This document shows, piece after piece, positions 8,451-16,586 of a stretch of DNA of 24,146 nucleotides. The DNA lies in the IMG/VR virus record IMGVR_UViG_2698536506_000006; one strand, given 5' to 3'. A program made the position numbers and the translations under genes. The notes under the pieces are model-generated. The model was given only the letters and a program-made list of their open reading frames with translations. It had not been told where the DNA came from and did no database searches. Within the stretch, counting starts at the first letter, position 1; each line of letters begins with the position of its first letter. This stretch comes from a virus (Duplodnaviria; Heunggongvirae; Uroviricota; Caudoviricetes).

Positions 8451-9392
8451 ATGTTTATGGAAATTTTATCGGCTGTTAGCAAAGAACTTGGAGTAAACGT
8501 TAACGAGCTGAGGCGGTTATCGAGTGTTGCGCCTAAAAAATATAAAGTCTACACAATTCCTAAACGACAAAGTGGATTCAGGCTTATTGCTCAACCAACG
8601 AGTGAGATAAAGCGAATTCAGCGTGAGGTTGTGAAAATTTTGGCTTCCAAGCTCATCGTGCACGATGCAGCGAAAGCTTATAAAGTTTCTATAGGAATTA
8701 AGGACAATGCCAAAATCCATATGGCAAACTCCTATCTTTTAAAAATGGATTTTCAGAATTTCTTCAATAAAATTAAACCGGCTCTTTTATTTGATAAACT
8801 TCGCTCTCAAGGGGTTGTTTTGTCAGGTGAGGATAAGGAGTTTTTAGAAGGGATTCTTTTCTGGAAACCAGGAAAAAAAAGAAGTATCACTCTCGTGTTG
8901 AGCGTTGGGGCGCCATCCTCACCTTTTGTTAGTAATTTTGTAATGTATGATTTTGATAATTATATAAACAATTGGTGCTCTGTTAGGAATATTTCATATT
9001 CAAGGTATGCTGATGATATTACATTTTCTACAGATGAGAAGAATATACTTTTTGAGGTCCCGAAAGTAGTAAGGTTTGCATTATCATTATGTGCTAAAGG
9101 TATATCTTTAAATGAATCTAAAACTGTATTCACGTCTAAAGCTCATAATAGACATGTGACAGGTGTGACATTAACAGTTGATGGGGAGCTTTCGCTCGGT
9201 AGGCAAAAGAAGAGAATGATTTCTTCTCTGCTGCATAAATATACACTAGGCTTACTGGCTAAAGAGGATGTTATAAGCCTTAAGGGCTTTGTTGGACATG
9301 CTTTATATATCGAGCCTAAATTTATTGCTAGAATGAAAATTAAATATGGGAAAGAAGTAATACATGCGCTTTTTTCTGAGGAGGGGATGTGA
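8451..9392 (+). CDS. Retron-type reverse transcriptase
   Basis: RT motifs: GAPSSPFVSN (motif B-like), RYADDITFS (YADD catalytic motif) and the retron-characteristic VTG motif (NRHVTGVTLTVDG). AT-rich. Alternative start at ATG 8457. Confidence 0.85.
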   Translation: MFMEILSAVSKELGVNVNELRRLSSVAPKKYKVYTIPKRQSGFRLIAQPTSEIKRIQREVVKILASKLIVHDAAKAYKVSIGIKDNAKIHMANSYLLKMDFQNFFNKIKPALLFDKLRSQGVVLSGEDKEFLEGILFWKPGKKRSITLVLSVGAPSSPFVSNFVMYDFDNYINNWCSVRNISYSRYADDITFSTDEKNILFEVPKVVRFALSLCAKGISLNESKTVFTSKAHNRHVTGVTLTVDGELSLGRQKKRMISSLLHKYTLGLLAKEDVISLKGFVGHALYIEPKFIARMKIKYGKEVIHALFSEEGM

Positions 9393-11044
9393 ACTCAAAG
9401 TATACTAAATCACCAAATGACATTCGTACATTATTGCAGTCTTATGTAAATAAAACTGAAGATGGTTTAGAATTCAGTAAAGAGAACATTCCTGAAGAGG
9501 TATCTTCGTTATATAAGGAAATTGAAGATGCACCATTTCTTATAAATAAAGTCGCCATCTCAGACTATAAAAGAGTCAGGGATCTTTTTGTTTCGATCGA
9601 CAAAAAACTAACAGTGTTTGTTGGTGATAATGGTTACGGTAAAACCACCATTCTTGAAGCATTATTTATTGCTTTAAGTTGGTTTAGAGCAAATGTTCAA
9701 AAAGAAGATAAAAGCGGTTTTCATATAAAAGATGGTGATATTAACAATCATAATGATGTCAATTATGCTGCAATAACTGCGCAGTTTAAACTTAAAAAAA
9801 TAACGTCAAATATTTTAGTTACACGTGTTAAAGATGGAGTATCACAAAAAAGAAATAATGAGTTGCTTTCTATAAAAGAGATGGCGTCATTCTTTCGTGT
9901 TGTGAATTCATATTATGAAGATGTAAGCCTTCCGGTTCTTGCATATTACTCTGTATCAAGATCTTCAAATGGTGCAGGCATAGATAATAAAAGAAATGTT
10001 AATAATTCTGTGCGTCGATGGACTAAGCTTGATGCTTATGAAGATATAGAGTTTGATCGCCGTGACTTCGGTGAGTTTTTAAATTGGTTCATATTTGTTA
10101 ATAATAAGGCATTGTCTGAGGAGTCCTTGATACCAGAAAAACAAAGAGATCAACTTGTTATTGATATCTCAAAGCTTAAGGTATCTTTGGAGGTTTTGAA
10201 ATCTTTCAGTGATGTTGATAGAAGAACATTAATAGATATAGAAACACAAATTGCTAATAAAGAGTTGATTCTTAATACGTTACCGTCTACACCAAATGGT
10301 TTAAGTCGTTCAAAAGATATTGTTGCTAATGTTAAAAGGGCAATAATTAATTTCCTTCCTGAAATTAGCTCTGTTGAACTTCAATATACTGAAAATGAAG
10401 TTCGTTTAGTTTTAGCAAAAGATGATTTACTATTAGATGCCCAGCAACTCTCTCAAGGGGAGAAAACTATACTTACATTAGTGGGGGATTTAACAAGACG
10501 CTTGGTGTTGCTGAATCCTAAGTTAAATAATCCACTTCAAGGGAAAGGTATAGTATTAATTGATGAAGTTGATCTTCATTTGCACCCAAGCTGGCAGCAA
10601 AACATTATTGAGAAATTGCAGCATACATTTCCTAACGTACAATTCATAATTACCACTCATAGCCCTCAAATTGTATCGACAGTTCCAAGTAAATGCTTGC
10701 GCATCCTTGAGGAAATAAAAAACCCTTCGACAGGCATGAAGGAATTACGTGTGCTTTTACCATCATCTCAAACAAAAGGTACTAAGAATTCGTACGCTTT
10801 GCTTTATGGGATGAAAACAGATCCTGTACCTAATGTAAAAGAAGTCGCATGGCTGAGCACTTATAAGAAATTTATTGAAAACAGGCAGCAGGATTCGGAG
10901 GAAGCCATAATGATAAGGAAAAAGTTAGACAAGCATTATGGAATTGATCACCCATTATTACTTGAGTGTGATGGTATAATTCGTGTATTAAAGCTAAAAG
11001 ACAAAGTGCGGGGTGAGTCTGGCAATAAGGAATCTAAACAATGA
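9389..11044 (+). CDS. Retron-associated ATPase (PtuA/Septu-like, ABC/OLD-type)
   Basis: Walker A GDNGYGKTT, Walker B VLIDEVDLHLH, H-loop-like ITTHSPQ. GTG start overlapping the RT stop (ATGTGA), preceded by GAGGAGGGG. Confidence 0.8.
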   Translation: MNSKYTKSPNDIRTLLQSYVNKTEDGLEFSKENIPEEVSSLYKEIEDAPFLINKVAISDYKRVRDLFVSIDKKLTVFVGDNGYGKTTILEALFIALSWFRANVQKEDKSGFHIKDGDINNHNDVNYAAITAQFKLKKITSNILVTRVKDGVSQKRNNELLSIKEMASFFRVVNSYYEDVSLPVLAYYSVSRSSNGAGIDNKRNVNNSVRRWTKLDAYEDIEFDRRDFGEFLNWFIFVNNKALSEESLIPEKQRDQLVIDISKLKVSLEVLKSFSDVDRRTLIDIETQIANKELILNTLPSTPNGLSRSKDIVANVKRAIINFLPEISSVELQYTENEVRLVLAKDDLLLDAQQLSQGEKTILTLVGDLTRRLVLLNPKLNNPLQGKGIVLIDEVDLHLHPSWQQNIIEKLQHTFPNVQFIITTHSPQIVSTVPSKCLRILEEIKNPSTGMKELRVLLPSSQTKGTKNSYALLYGMKTDPVPNVKEVAWLSTYKKFIENRQQDSEEAIMIRKKLDKHYGIDHPLLLECDGIIRVLKLKDKVRGESGNKESKQ

Positions 11045-11709
11045 AATTCCTTGCTAGAAATCCCATTGGTCCAGGTGTTTTAGCCGAGTTTGACTACAAT
11101 ATTCATGACTGGAATGCTTTTAAACGGCGACATAAACAATTAGTCTGGGTCGGTTTAGTTGAAATGCAAGGGAAGAGATGTGCGTATTGTGAGCGGAAAA
11201 TAGATATTCACAATAGTGATGATAAGCATATCGAGCATTTTTTGCGTAGAAGCCAGCATAGGCATTTAACATTTGAATGGTCAAACTTGTTCGGCTCTTG
11301 TGCTGAAAATAATCACTGCGGTTTTTACAAAGATGAACAGAGCTATCAGGAGCAAGACCTAATCAAGGCCGATAATGATGACCCCACACATTTTTTCCAT
11401 TTCGCTATTAATGGAAATATGGATATTCGTCCGGGGTTATCGCGAAACGATGAGCGAAGAGCTGAGGTTACTATAAGGGTTTTTAACCTGAATGGTGAAA
11501 AGGGCGGCGTGAAAACTGAGCGCATCAATGCAATATCAGAAACATGGTCATTGATAGAGAGATTTGTTTCTACAGCTGAAGAGTTCATCGAAGAGGGACT
11601 TTATGATGATAGTGTCCGTAACGAACTTCGAGACGAGTATTATAAAGAAATAGACCCCAGACCATTCTCTACTGCGTTGCGTGATGTTTTTGATACGATG
11701 CTTCCTTAA
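11041..11709 (+). CDS. Retron-associated HNH endonuclease (PtuB-like)
   Basis: HNH-type motif CAYCE...DDKHIEHF...N...SCAENNHC. Start overlaps the ATPase stop (ATGA). Confidence 0.8.
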   Translation: MKFLARNPIGPGVLAEFDYNIHDWNAFKRRHKQLVWVGLVEMQGKRCAYCERKIDIHNSDDKHIEHFLRRSQHRHLTFEWSNLFGSCAENNHCGFYKDEQSYQEQDLIKADNDDPTHFFHFAINGNMDIRPGLSRNDERRAEVTIRVFNLNGEKGGVKTERINAISETWSLIERFVSTAEEFIEEGLYDDSVRNELRDEYYKEIDPRPFSTALRDVFDTMLP

Positions 11710-11741
11710 ATTAAAGAGTCTCATTTGAGACTCTTTAATTT
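11708..11741. terminator. Bidirectional terminator between the convergent retron operon and portal gene
   Basis: Near-perfect inverted repeat AAATTAAAGAGTCTCA / TGAGACTCTTTAATTT with a 2-nt loop, between the HNH stop and the portal stop. Confidence 0.6.
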
Positions 11742-12766
11742 TACATCGAATATTCTTTAAAATTTATTATATCGTCATTTAACCATCGGTTGATTTCACA
11801 GATTCTTTGCTGTAAGGGGATTACTTCATTTCTTACAAAAACCTTACTAGCCTTTTCCACATCCCCAAACCCGCCAACATTACTCGGCATAATCCCCATC
11901 ATCTGAGGCGGCACACGATGCGCCGCCATCATGTCATCCCGGCTCACGTTCTTGATATTCAAAAACTCATCCTTCGCCGCGACTTCTGACAACGGGATGA
12001 TCTGAAGCCCGTCCTTTTTGCCGTTAGGCGAGTACATAAACAGGTTGCGGAAGTTACCTGGGCCTTTGGCGCTTTTCATCGCGTTGCGGAGGTTGTTCAC
12101 ATCCTCCTGGTTTTGTGCGGCGTCGGTCATGTACATGATGAAGCCTGCATGACTGCCGTTAATGTAATACTTCCGGCGGAACAGCGTGGCGGACTCGTTG
12201 AGCAGGGCTGACGGAATGGCAGAAAGATAACCGGGCAGGCCGTAGATCTCCTGGTTGATGTCCGGTTCCATCAGATGAAAAATGCTGCCTTTCGTGAACT
12301 GATACGGCTGGGTTGTCATACCGTATTGCACAAACCAGTAGGTATCCAGGTCTAACCCGCGTCGTGTGTATTTTGCCAGGGCAGGTTCAAAGGCGATAAT
12401 TTCACCGAAGCGGTTCGTGCGTTTCTCCAGGTAGGCGTTACCAAATACCAGATAGTCCTGCACAAAACGTGAAAAAGCCTGCTGGCTGAGCAGCGGGTGA
12501 GGGATGTAGGTACTGGTCAGAATGTTGCATTTCACCGCAATTGGTGAACTGTGATGCACGGCGGCGCGGAAGGTGCGCGCCAGTCCGTCAAAGCTTACTG
12601 GCGGCTCATACCAGCGATCTGTCTGTACGCATTCCACATAGTCCAGTAATTCGCGGCGGTCCAGAACAGGAACGGGATCACCGAAGCTGAATGCTTCGGC
12701 TGAAGTTTGTTTTTTATACTGGATCTGATTCGTCGCCGCAGCGCGGTTCTTCTTACTCTTTCCCAT
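11741..12766 (-). CDS. Q: Portal protein (P2 gpQ-like)
   Basis: About 341 aa, the size and position of P2 Q. ATG at 12766-12764 overlaps the terminase stop (ATGA arrangement on the minus strand). Confidence 0.9.
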   Translation of the reverse strand: MGKSKKNRAAATNQIQYKKQTSAEAFSFGDPVPVLDRRELLDYVECVQTDRWYEPPVSFDGLARTFRAAVHHSSPIAVKCNILTSTYIPHPLLSQQAFSRFVQDYLVFGNAYLEKRTNRFGEIIAFEPALAKYTRRGLDLDTYWFVQYGMTTQPYQFTKGSIFHLMEPDINQEIYGLPGYLSAIPSALLNESATLFRRKYYINGSHAGFIMYMTDAAQNQEDVNNLRNAMKSAKGPGNFRNLFMYSPNGKKDGLQIIPLSEVAAKDEFLNIKNVSRDDMMAAHRVPPQMMGIMPSNVGGFGDVEKASKVFVRNEVIPLQQRICEINRWLNDDIINFKEYSM

Positions 12767-14532
12767 CAAAAAATCTCCACAATATTGCTGGTATTGGCGG
12801 ACTCGCCCTGCAGCGGTTCGTTAAACAGTGCGTGCATTGTTGCCCAGGCCAGATCGGCATGGCTGGCTTCTTCGCTGCGGCTGGCTTCATAGGTCGGGCG
12901 GTTGCCGCTGGCGGTGGTGGCACGGCGGATTGCCATGAATGACTGCGCAATGTCGGTGTGTCCGGCGTCAAACTCCAGACGGCGGTGGCTGATAATGTCG
13001 TAGGCCTTGAGTACCAGGGCGTTTTTAACATTGGGGTTATAGACAAACTCCCGGACGGCAGGAAAAAACGCTTTCACGTTCTCATAAACCCCGTGACCGA
13101 CGCCTGTCGAGTCGATGCCGATATAGGTCACGTTGTACTGCTCGGTCAGTTTTTTGATTGCATCAGCTTGGGCGCGGAAGTCCATCCCGCGCCACTGGTG
13201 ACGCTCAAGAATGCGAAACTTACCGCCTGGCACGGCTGGCGGTGCCACCACCACGCATCCGGCGCTGTCGCCGTTCTGCGTACCTTTTGCCGGGTCATAA
13301 CCGATCCACACCTCGCGCCAGCCAAACGGGCGCAGGGCCAGTGCATGAAAGTCGGTCCAGACTTCCCAACTGTCCACCATGCATGCCTGCAGCTCGCTGA
13401 GCGGGAACACGGACGCGAGATCGTCCACAAACTCGCACATCAGCAGGTTCTGGTATTCGTCCGGGCTGTACTCCATGCGCAACTGGTCGAGGTCGAACAG
13501 GTTACAGCCGCCGCGCACCGCATCTTCCACGGTGACTATCTGGCGGTATTGCCCGTCTGCGCACAGCAGGCCGGGGGCCAAGTTGCTGTGGGACAGGTCG
13601 ATGTCCACCTTGTCGGCTTTGTTGCGTCCACGGTTGAACAGCGCACCGGACCAGAATGGATAAGCACTGTGGGTCAGACTGGATGGCGTGGAAAAATAGG
13701 TCTGCCGCCATTTTTTGTGAATAGCCATACCGGAAGCCACTTTGCGCAGCTCCTGGAATTTCGGGATCCAGAAATATTCATCCAGATACAGGTTGCCGTG
13801 GTAACTCTGGGCCGTGCGGGCATTGGTGCCGAGGAAGTAAAGCGTGGCCCCGTTAGGAAGCACCATCGGATCGCCTTTCAGCTCCACCTCCACTTCTTTG
13901 GCAAAGTCGATGATGTACTGTTTAAAGACGTGGGCCTGAGCCTTGCTGGCAGAAAGGAAAATCTGGTTACGCCCGGTCAGCAGGGCGTCAATCAGGGCTT
14001 CACGGGCAAAGTAAAAGGTCGCGCCGATCTGGCGTGACTTCAGCAGGTTGCGGATGCGGTTGGTTTTTCCGGCTTCCCACCAGTGGCGCTGGTAGTTGAA
14101 CATGGAGGAATGGAAGATTTCTTCCAGCTTCTCAATCTGTTCATCGGTGAAAACATTCTTTTCCGGCTGACGGCGCGGGCCTTTGTTGCGGTTGGCGACG
14201 TTTGGGTTTAAGTCGGCTTCGTTGCCGCCATTGTTAAACTTGCCGATCCGCGCGTGGCGTTCCGACTGGCGCGCCAGCAGGTCAATCTCTTTGAAATCTT
14301 TCCCTTCTTTGTGCTCCTTCATAATGAGCTGGCAGTAGCGTGCGGCGGTGGTGAGCTGCATCTGATCCAGCGGCCCATAGTCACCCCACTTGTCGCGTTT
14401 TTTCCAGCTGTGAACGGTTGCAACTTTCTCGCCCAGCATTTCAGCAATGCGGGCTACGCGGTATCCCTGAAAGTACAGCAGCATGGCCTGCCGACGGGGA
14501 TCGAGATCTGCGGGTGTCAGTGTGGTGTTCAT
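12766..14532 (-). CDS. P: Terminase large (ATPase) subunit (P2 gpP-like)
   Basis: 588 aa, divergent from the scaffold gene as in P2 (P/O divergent late promoters). Confidence 0.9.
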   Translation of the reverse strand: MNTTLTPADLDPRRQAMLLYFQGYRVARIAEMLGEKVATVHSWKKRDKWGDYGPLDQMQLTTAARYCQLIMKEHKEGKDFKEIDLLARQSERHARIGKFNNGGNEADLNPNVANRNKGPRRQPEKNVFTDEQIEKLEEIFHSSMFNYQRHWWEAGKTNRIRNLLKSRQIGATFYFAREALIDALLTGRNQIFLSASKAQAHVFKQYIIDFAKEVEVELKGDPMVLPNGATLYFLGTNARTAQSYHGNLYLDEYFWIPKFQELRKVASGMAIHKKWRQTYFSTPSSLTHSAYPFWSGALFNRGRNKADKVDIDLSHSNLAPGLLCADGQYRQIVTVEDAVRGGCNLFDLDQLRMEYSPDEYQNLLMCEFVDDLASVFPLSELQACMVDSWEVWTDFHALALRPFGWREVWIGYDPAKGTQNGDSAGCVVVAPPAVPGGKFRILERHQWRGMDFRAQADAIKKLTEQYNVTYIGIDSTGVGHGVYENVKAFFPAVREFVYNPNVKNALVLKAYDIISHRRLEFDAGHTDIAQSFMAIRRATTASGNRPTYEASRSEEASHADLAWATMHALFNEPLQGESANTSNIVEIF

Positions 14533-14578
14533 GGCACAAACCTACAGCCTTGAATGAAGGCTTTCCCCGCCTGCGGTT

Positions 14579-14596
14579 TGTGTGGTTGTCGGTACA
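14579..14596. promoter_or_regulatory. Candidate Ogr/B activator binding site (TGT-N12-ACA) in the P/O divergent late promoter region
   Basis: TGT at 14579-14581, 12-nt spacer, ACA at 14594-14596, in the 142-bp intergenic region between the P and O starts. Matches the late-promoter activator site consensus of P2-like phages. Confidence 0.4.
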
Positions 14597-14674
14597 AATA
14601 CCGCGCATTGTTTCACTGCCCCCATCACCGCAACCATAAGGCCCCAGTAAGTTTTTTCTAACGGAGCACGGCTC

Positions 14675-15508
14675 ATGACAGTGAAAGCAAAGCGTTTTCG
14701 CATCGGGGTGGAAGGTGCCACCACCGACGGACGCGAAATCCAGCGTGAATGGCTGGAACAGATGGCAGCCAGCTACAACCCGGCGGTGTATACCGCGCTG
14801 ATTAACCTTGAGCACATCAAGTCTTATCTGCCGGACAGCACCTTTAACCGCTACGGCAAGGTGACGGCGCTGTTTGCTGAAGAAATCACGGAAGGTCCGC
14901 TGGCAGGCAAGATGGCATTGTATGCCGACGTTGAGCCAACGGAGTCCCTGGTGGAACTGGTGAAAAAAGGCCAGAAATTATTCACCTCTATGGAAGTCAG
15001 CCCTAAGTTCGCTGATACGGGCAAAGCCTACCTGGTTGGACTGGCCGCCACTGATGATCCCGCCAGTCTGGGTACGGAAATGCTGACATTCAGCGCCAGT
15101 GCAGCCCATAACCCGCTGGCAAACCGCAAGCAGAATCCCGCCAATCTTTTTACCGCTGCAGAGGAAACAGTGATCGAACTGGAAGAAGTCCAGGACGAAA
15201 AACCATCCCTGTTTGCCCGTGTCACGGCGCTGTTCACCAAAAAAGAGCAGTCCGATGATGCCCGGTTCTCTGATGTGCATAAGGCCGTGGAGCTGGTCGC
15301 CACTGAGCAGCAAAACCTGAGTGCGCGCACCGAAAAATCCCTGTCTGAACAGGAAGAACGCCTGTCTGAGCTGGAGACAGCCCTGCAGACACAGTTGACC
15401 GCCTTTAACGAACTGGTGGACAAGCTGAGCCATGAAGACAGCCGCCAGGACTACCGCCAGCGTGCAACAGGCGGTAACGCCCCCGCTGACACTCTGACCA
15501 ATTGCTGA
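14675..15508 (+). CDS. O: Capsid scaffolding protein (P2 gpO-like)
   Basis: 277 aa, directly upstream of the major capsid gene; size and order as in P2. Confidence 0.85.
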   Translation: MTVKAKRFRIGVEGATTDGREIQREWLEQMAASYNPAVYTALINLEHIKSYLPDSTFNRYGKVTALFAEEITEGPLAGKMALYADVEPTESLVELVKKGQKLFTSMEVSPKFADTGKAYLVGLAATDDPASLGTEMLTFSASAAHNPLANRKQNPANLFTAAEETVIELEEVQDEKPSLFARVTALFTKKEQSDDARFSDVHKAVELVATEQQNLSARTEKSLSEQEERLSELETALQTQLTAFNELVDKLSHEDSRQDYRQRATGGNAPADTLTNC

Positions 15509-15524
15509 TGGAGCACAAAACCTG

Positions 15525-16583
15525 ATGAAGAAGAATACCCGCTTTGCTTTTAACGCTTACCTGCAGCAGCTGGCGCGTCTGAACGGTGTGGCAGTTGAAG
15601 AACTGTCCAGCAAGTTCACCGTGGAGCCGTCTGTACAGCAGACGCTGGAAGACCAGATCCAGCAGTCCGCCGCTTTCCTGACGCTGATTAACGTCACGCC
15701 AGTGACTGAGCAGTCCGGTCAGCTGCTGGGGTTGGGTGTTGGTAGCACCATTGCCGGAACCACTGACACCACCGCGAAAGAGCGTGAACCTGTCGATCCT
15801 ACGCTGATGGTCGATGTGGAATACAAATGCGAGCATACCAACTTTGACACGGTGCTGACCTACGCGAAGCTGGACCTGTGGGCGAAATTTCAGGATTTCC
15901 AGGTGCGTATCCGTGACGCCATCGTGAAACGTCAGGCACTGGACCGCATCATGATCGGCTTTAACGGCGTGAAGCGTGCGAAAACCTCCAACCGTAGTGA
16001 AAACCCGCTGCTGCAGGATGTGAACAAAGGCTGGCTGCAGAAAATCCGTGAGGATGCACCGGATCACGTCATGGGCAGCACCACCACAGGCGGTGAAACC
16101 ACACCGGGCGCGGTGAAAGTCGGTAAAGGTGGCGAATATGCCAACCTGGACGCCGTGGTGATGGATGCCGTCAATGAGCTTATCGACGTGGTCTACCAGG
16201 ACGATGACGATCTGGTGGTGATTTGCGGTCGTGAACTGTTGTCTGACAAGTATTTCCCACTGGTCAACAAAGAGCAGGAAAACAGTGAAAAACTCGCTGC
16301 CGATATGATCATCAGTCAGAAACGCATGGGTGGCCTGCAGGCCGTGCGTGCGCCGTTCTTCCCGCCGAATGCACTGCTGATCACCCGGCTGGATAACTTG
16401 TCCATCTACTGGCAGGAAGACACCCGCCGCCGTTCAGTTATCAACAACCCGAAACGTGACCGGATTGAAAACTTTGAATCCGTTAATGAAGCCTATGTGG
16501 TTGAGGACTACCGCTGCGCCGCACTGGTGGAAAACATCCAGATTGGTGATTTCAGCGCCGCCGCAGCCGAAACCGGAGCGTAA
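15525..16583 (+). CDS. N: Major capsid protein (P2 gpN-like)
   Basis: 352 aa. N-terminal pattern (..TRF.FNAYL...A.LNG......KFTVEPSV.QTL) matches P2 gpN as recalled. Confidence 0.9.
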   Translation: MKKNTRFAFNAYLQQLARLNGVAVEELSSKFTVEPSVQQTLEDQIQQSAAFLTLINVTPVTEQSGQLLGLGVGSTIAGTTDTTAKEREPVDPTLMVDVEYKCEHTNFDTVLTYAKLDLWAKFQDFQVRIRDAIVKRQALDRIMIGFNGVKRAKTSNRSENPLLQDVNKGWLQKIREDAPDHVMGSTTTGGETTPGAVKVGKGGEYANLDAVVMDAVNELIDVVYQDDDDLVVICGRELLSDKYFPLVNKEQENSEKLAADMIISQKRMGGLQAVRAPFFPPNALLITRLDNLSIYWQEDTRRRSVINNPKRDRIENFESVNEAYVVEDYRCAALVENIQIGDFSAAAAETGA

Positions 16584-16586
16584 TCC

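Noticed and set aside
8451-9392. Possibility that this is the Retron-Ec67 RT, given the co-resident dam gene
   Set aside because: The RT is only 313 aa with separate ATPase and HNH effector genes, unlike the much longer Ec67 RT as I recall it; the architecture fits Type I-A instead.
12958-14037. 359-aa ORF on the plus strand
   Set aside because: Lies entirely antisense within the terminase large-subunit gene; low-complexity, Gly/Ala/Val/His-rich translation typical of a shadow ORF in GC-rich coding sequence.
15405-16067. 220-aa ORF on the minus strand (and neighbouring antisense ORFs 14978-15433 and 16434-16916)
   Set aside because: Antisense to the scaffold and capsid genes, which have strong matches to known phage proteins.
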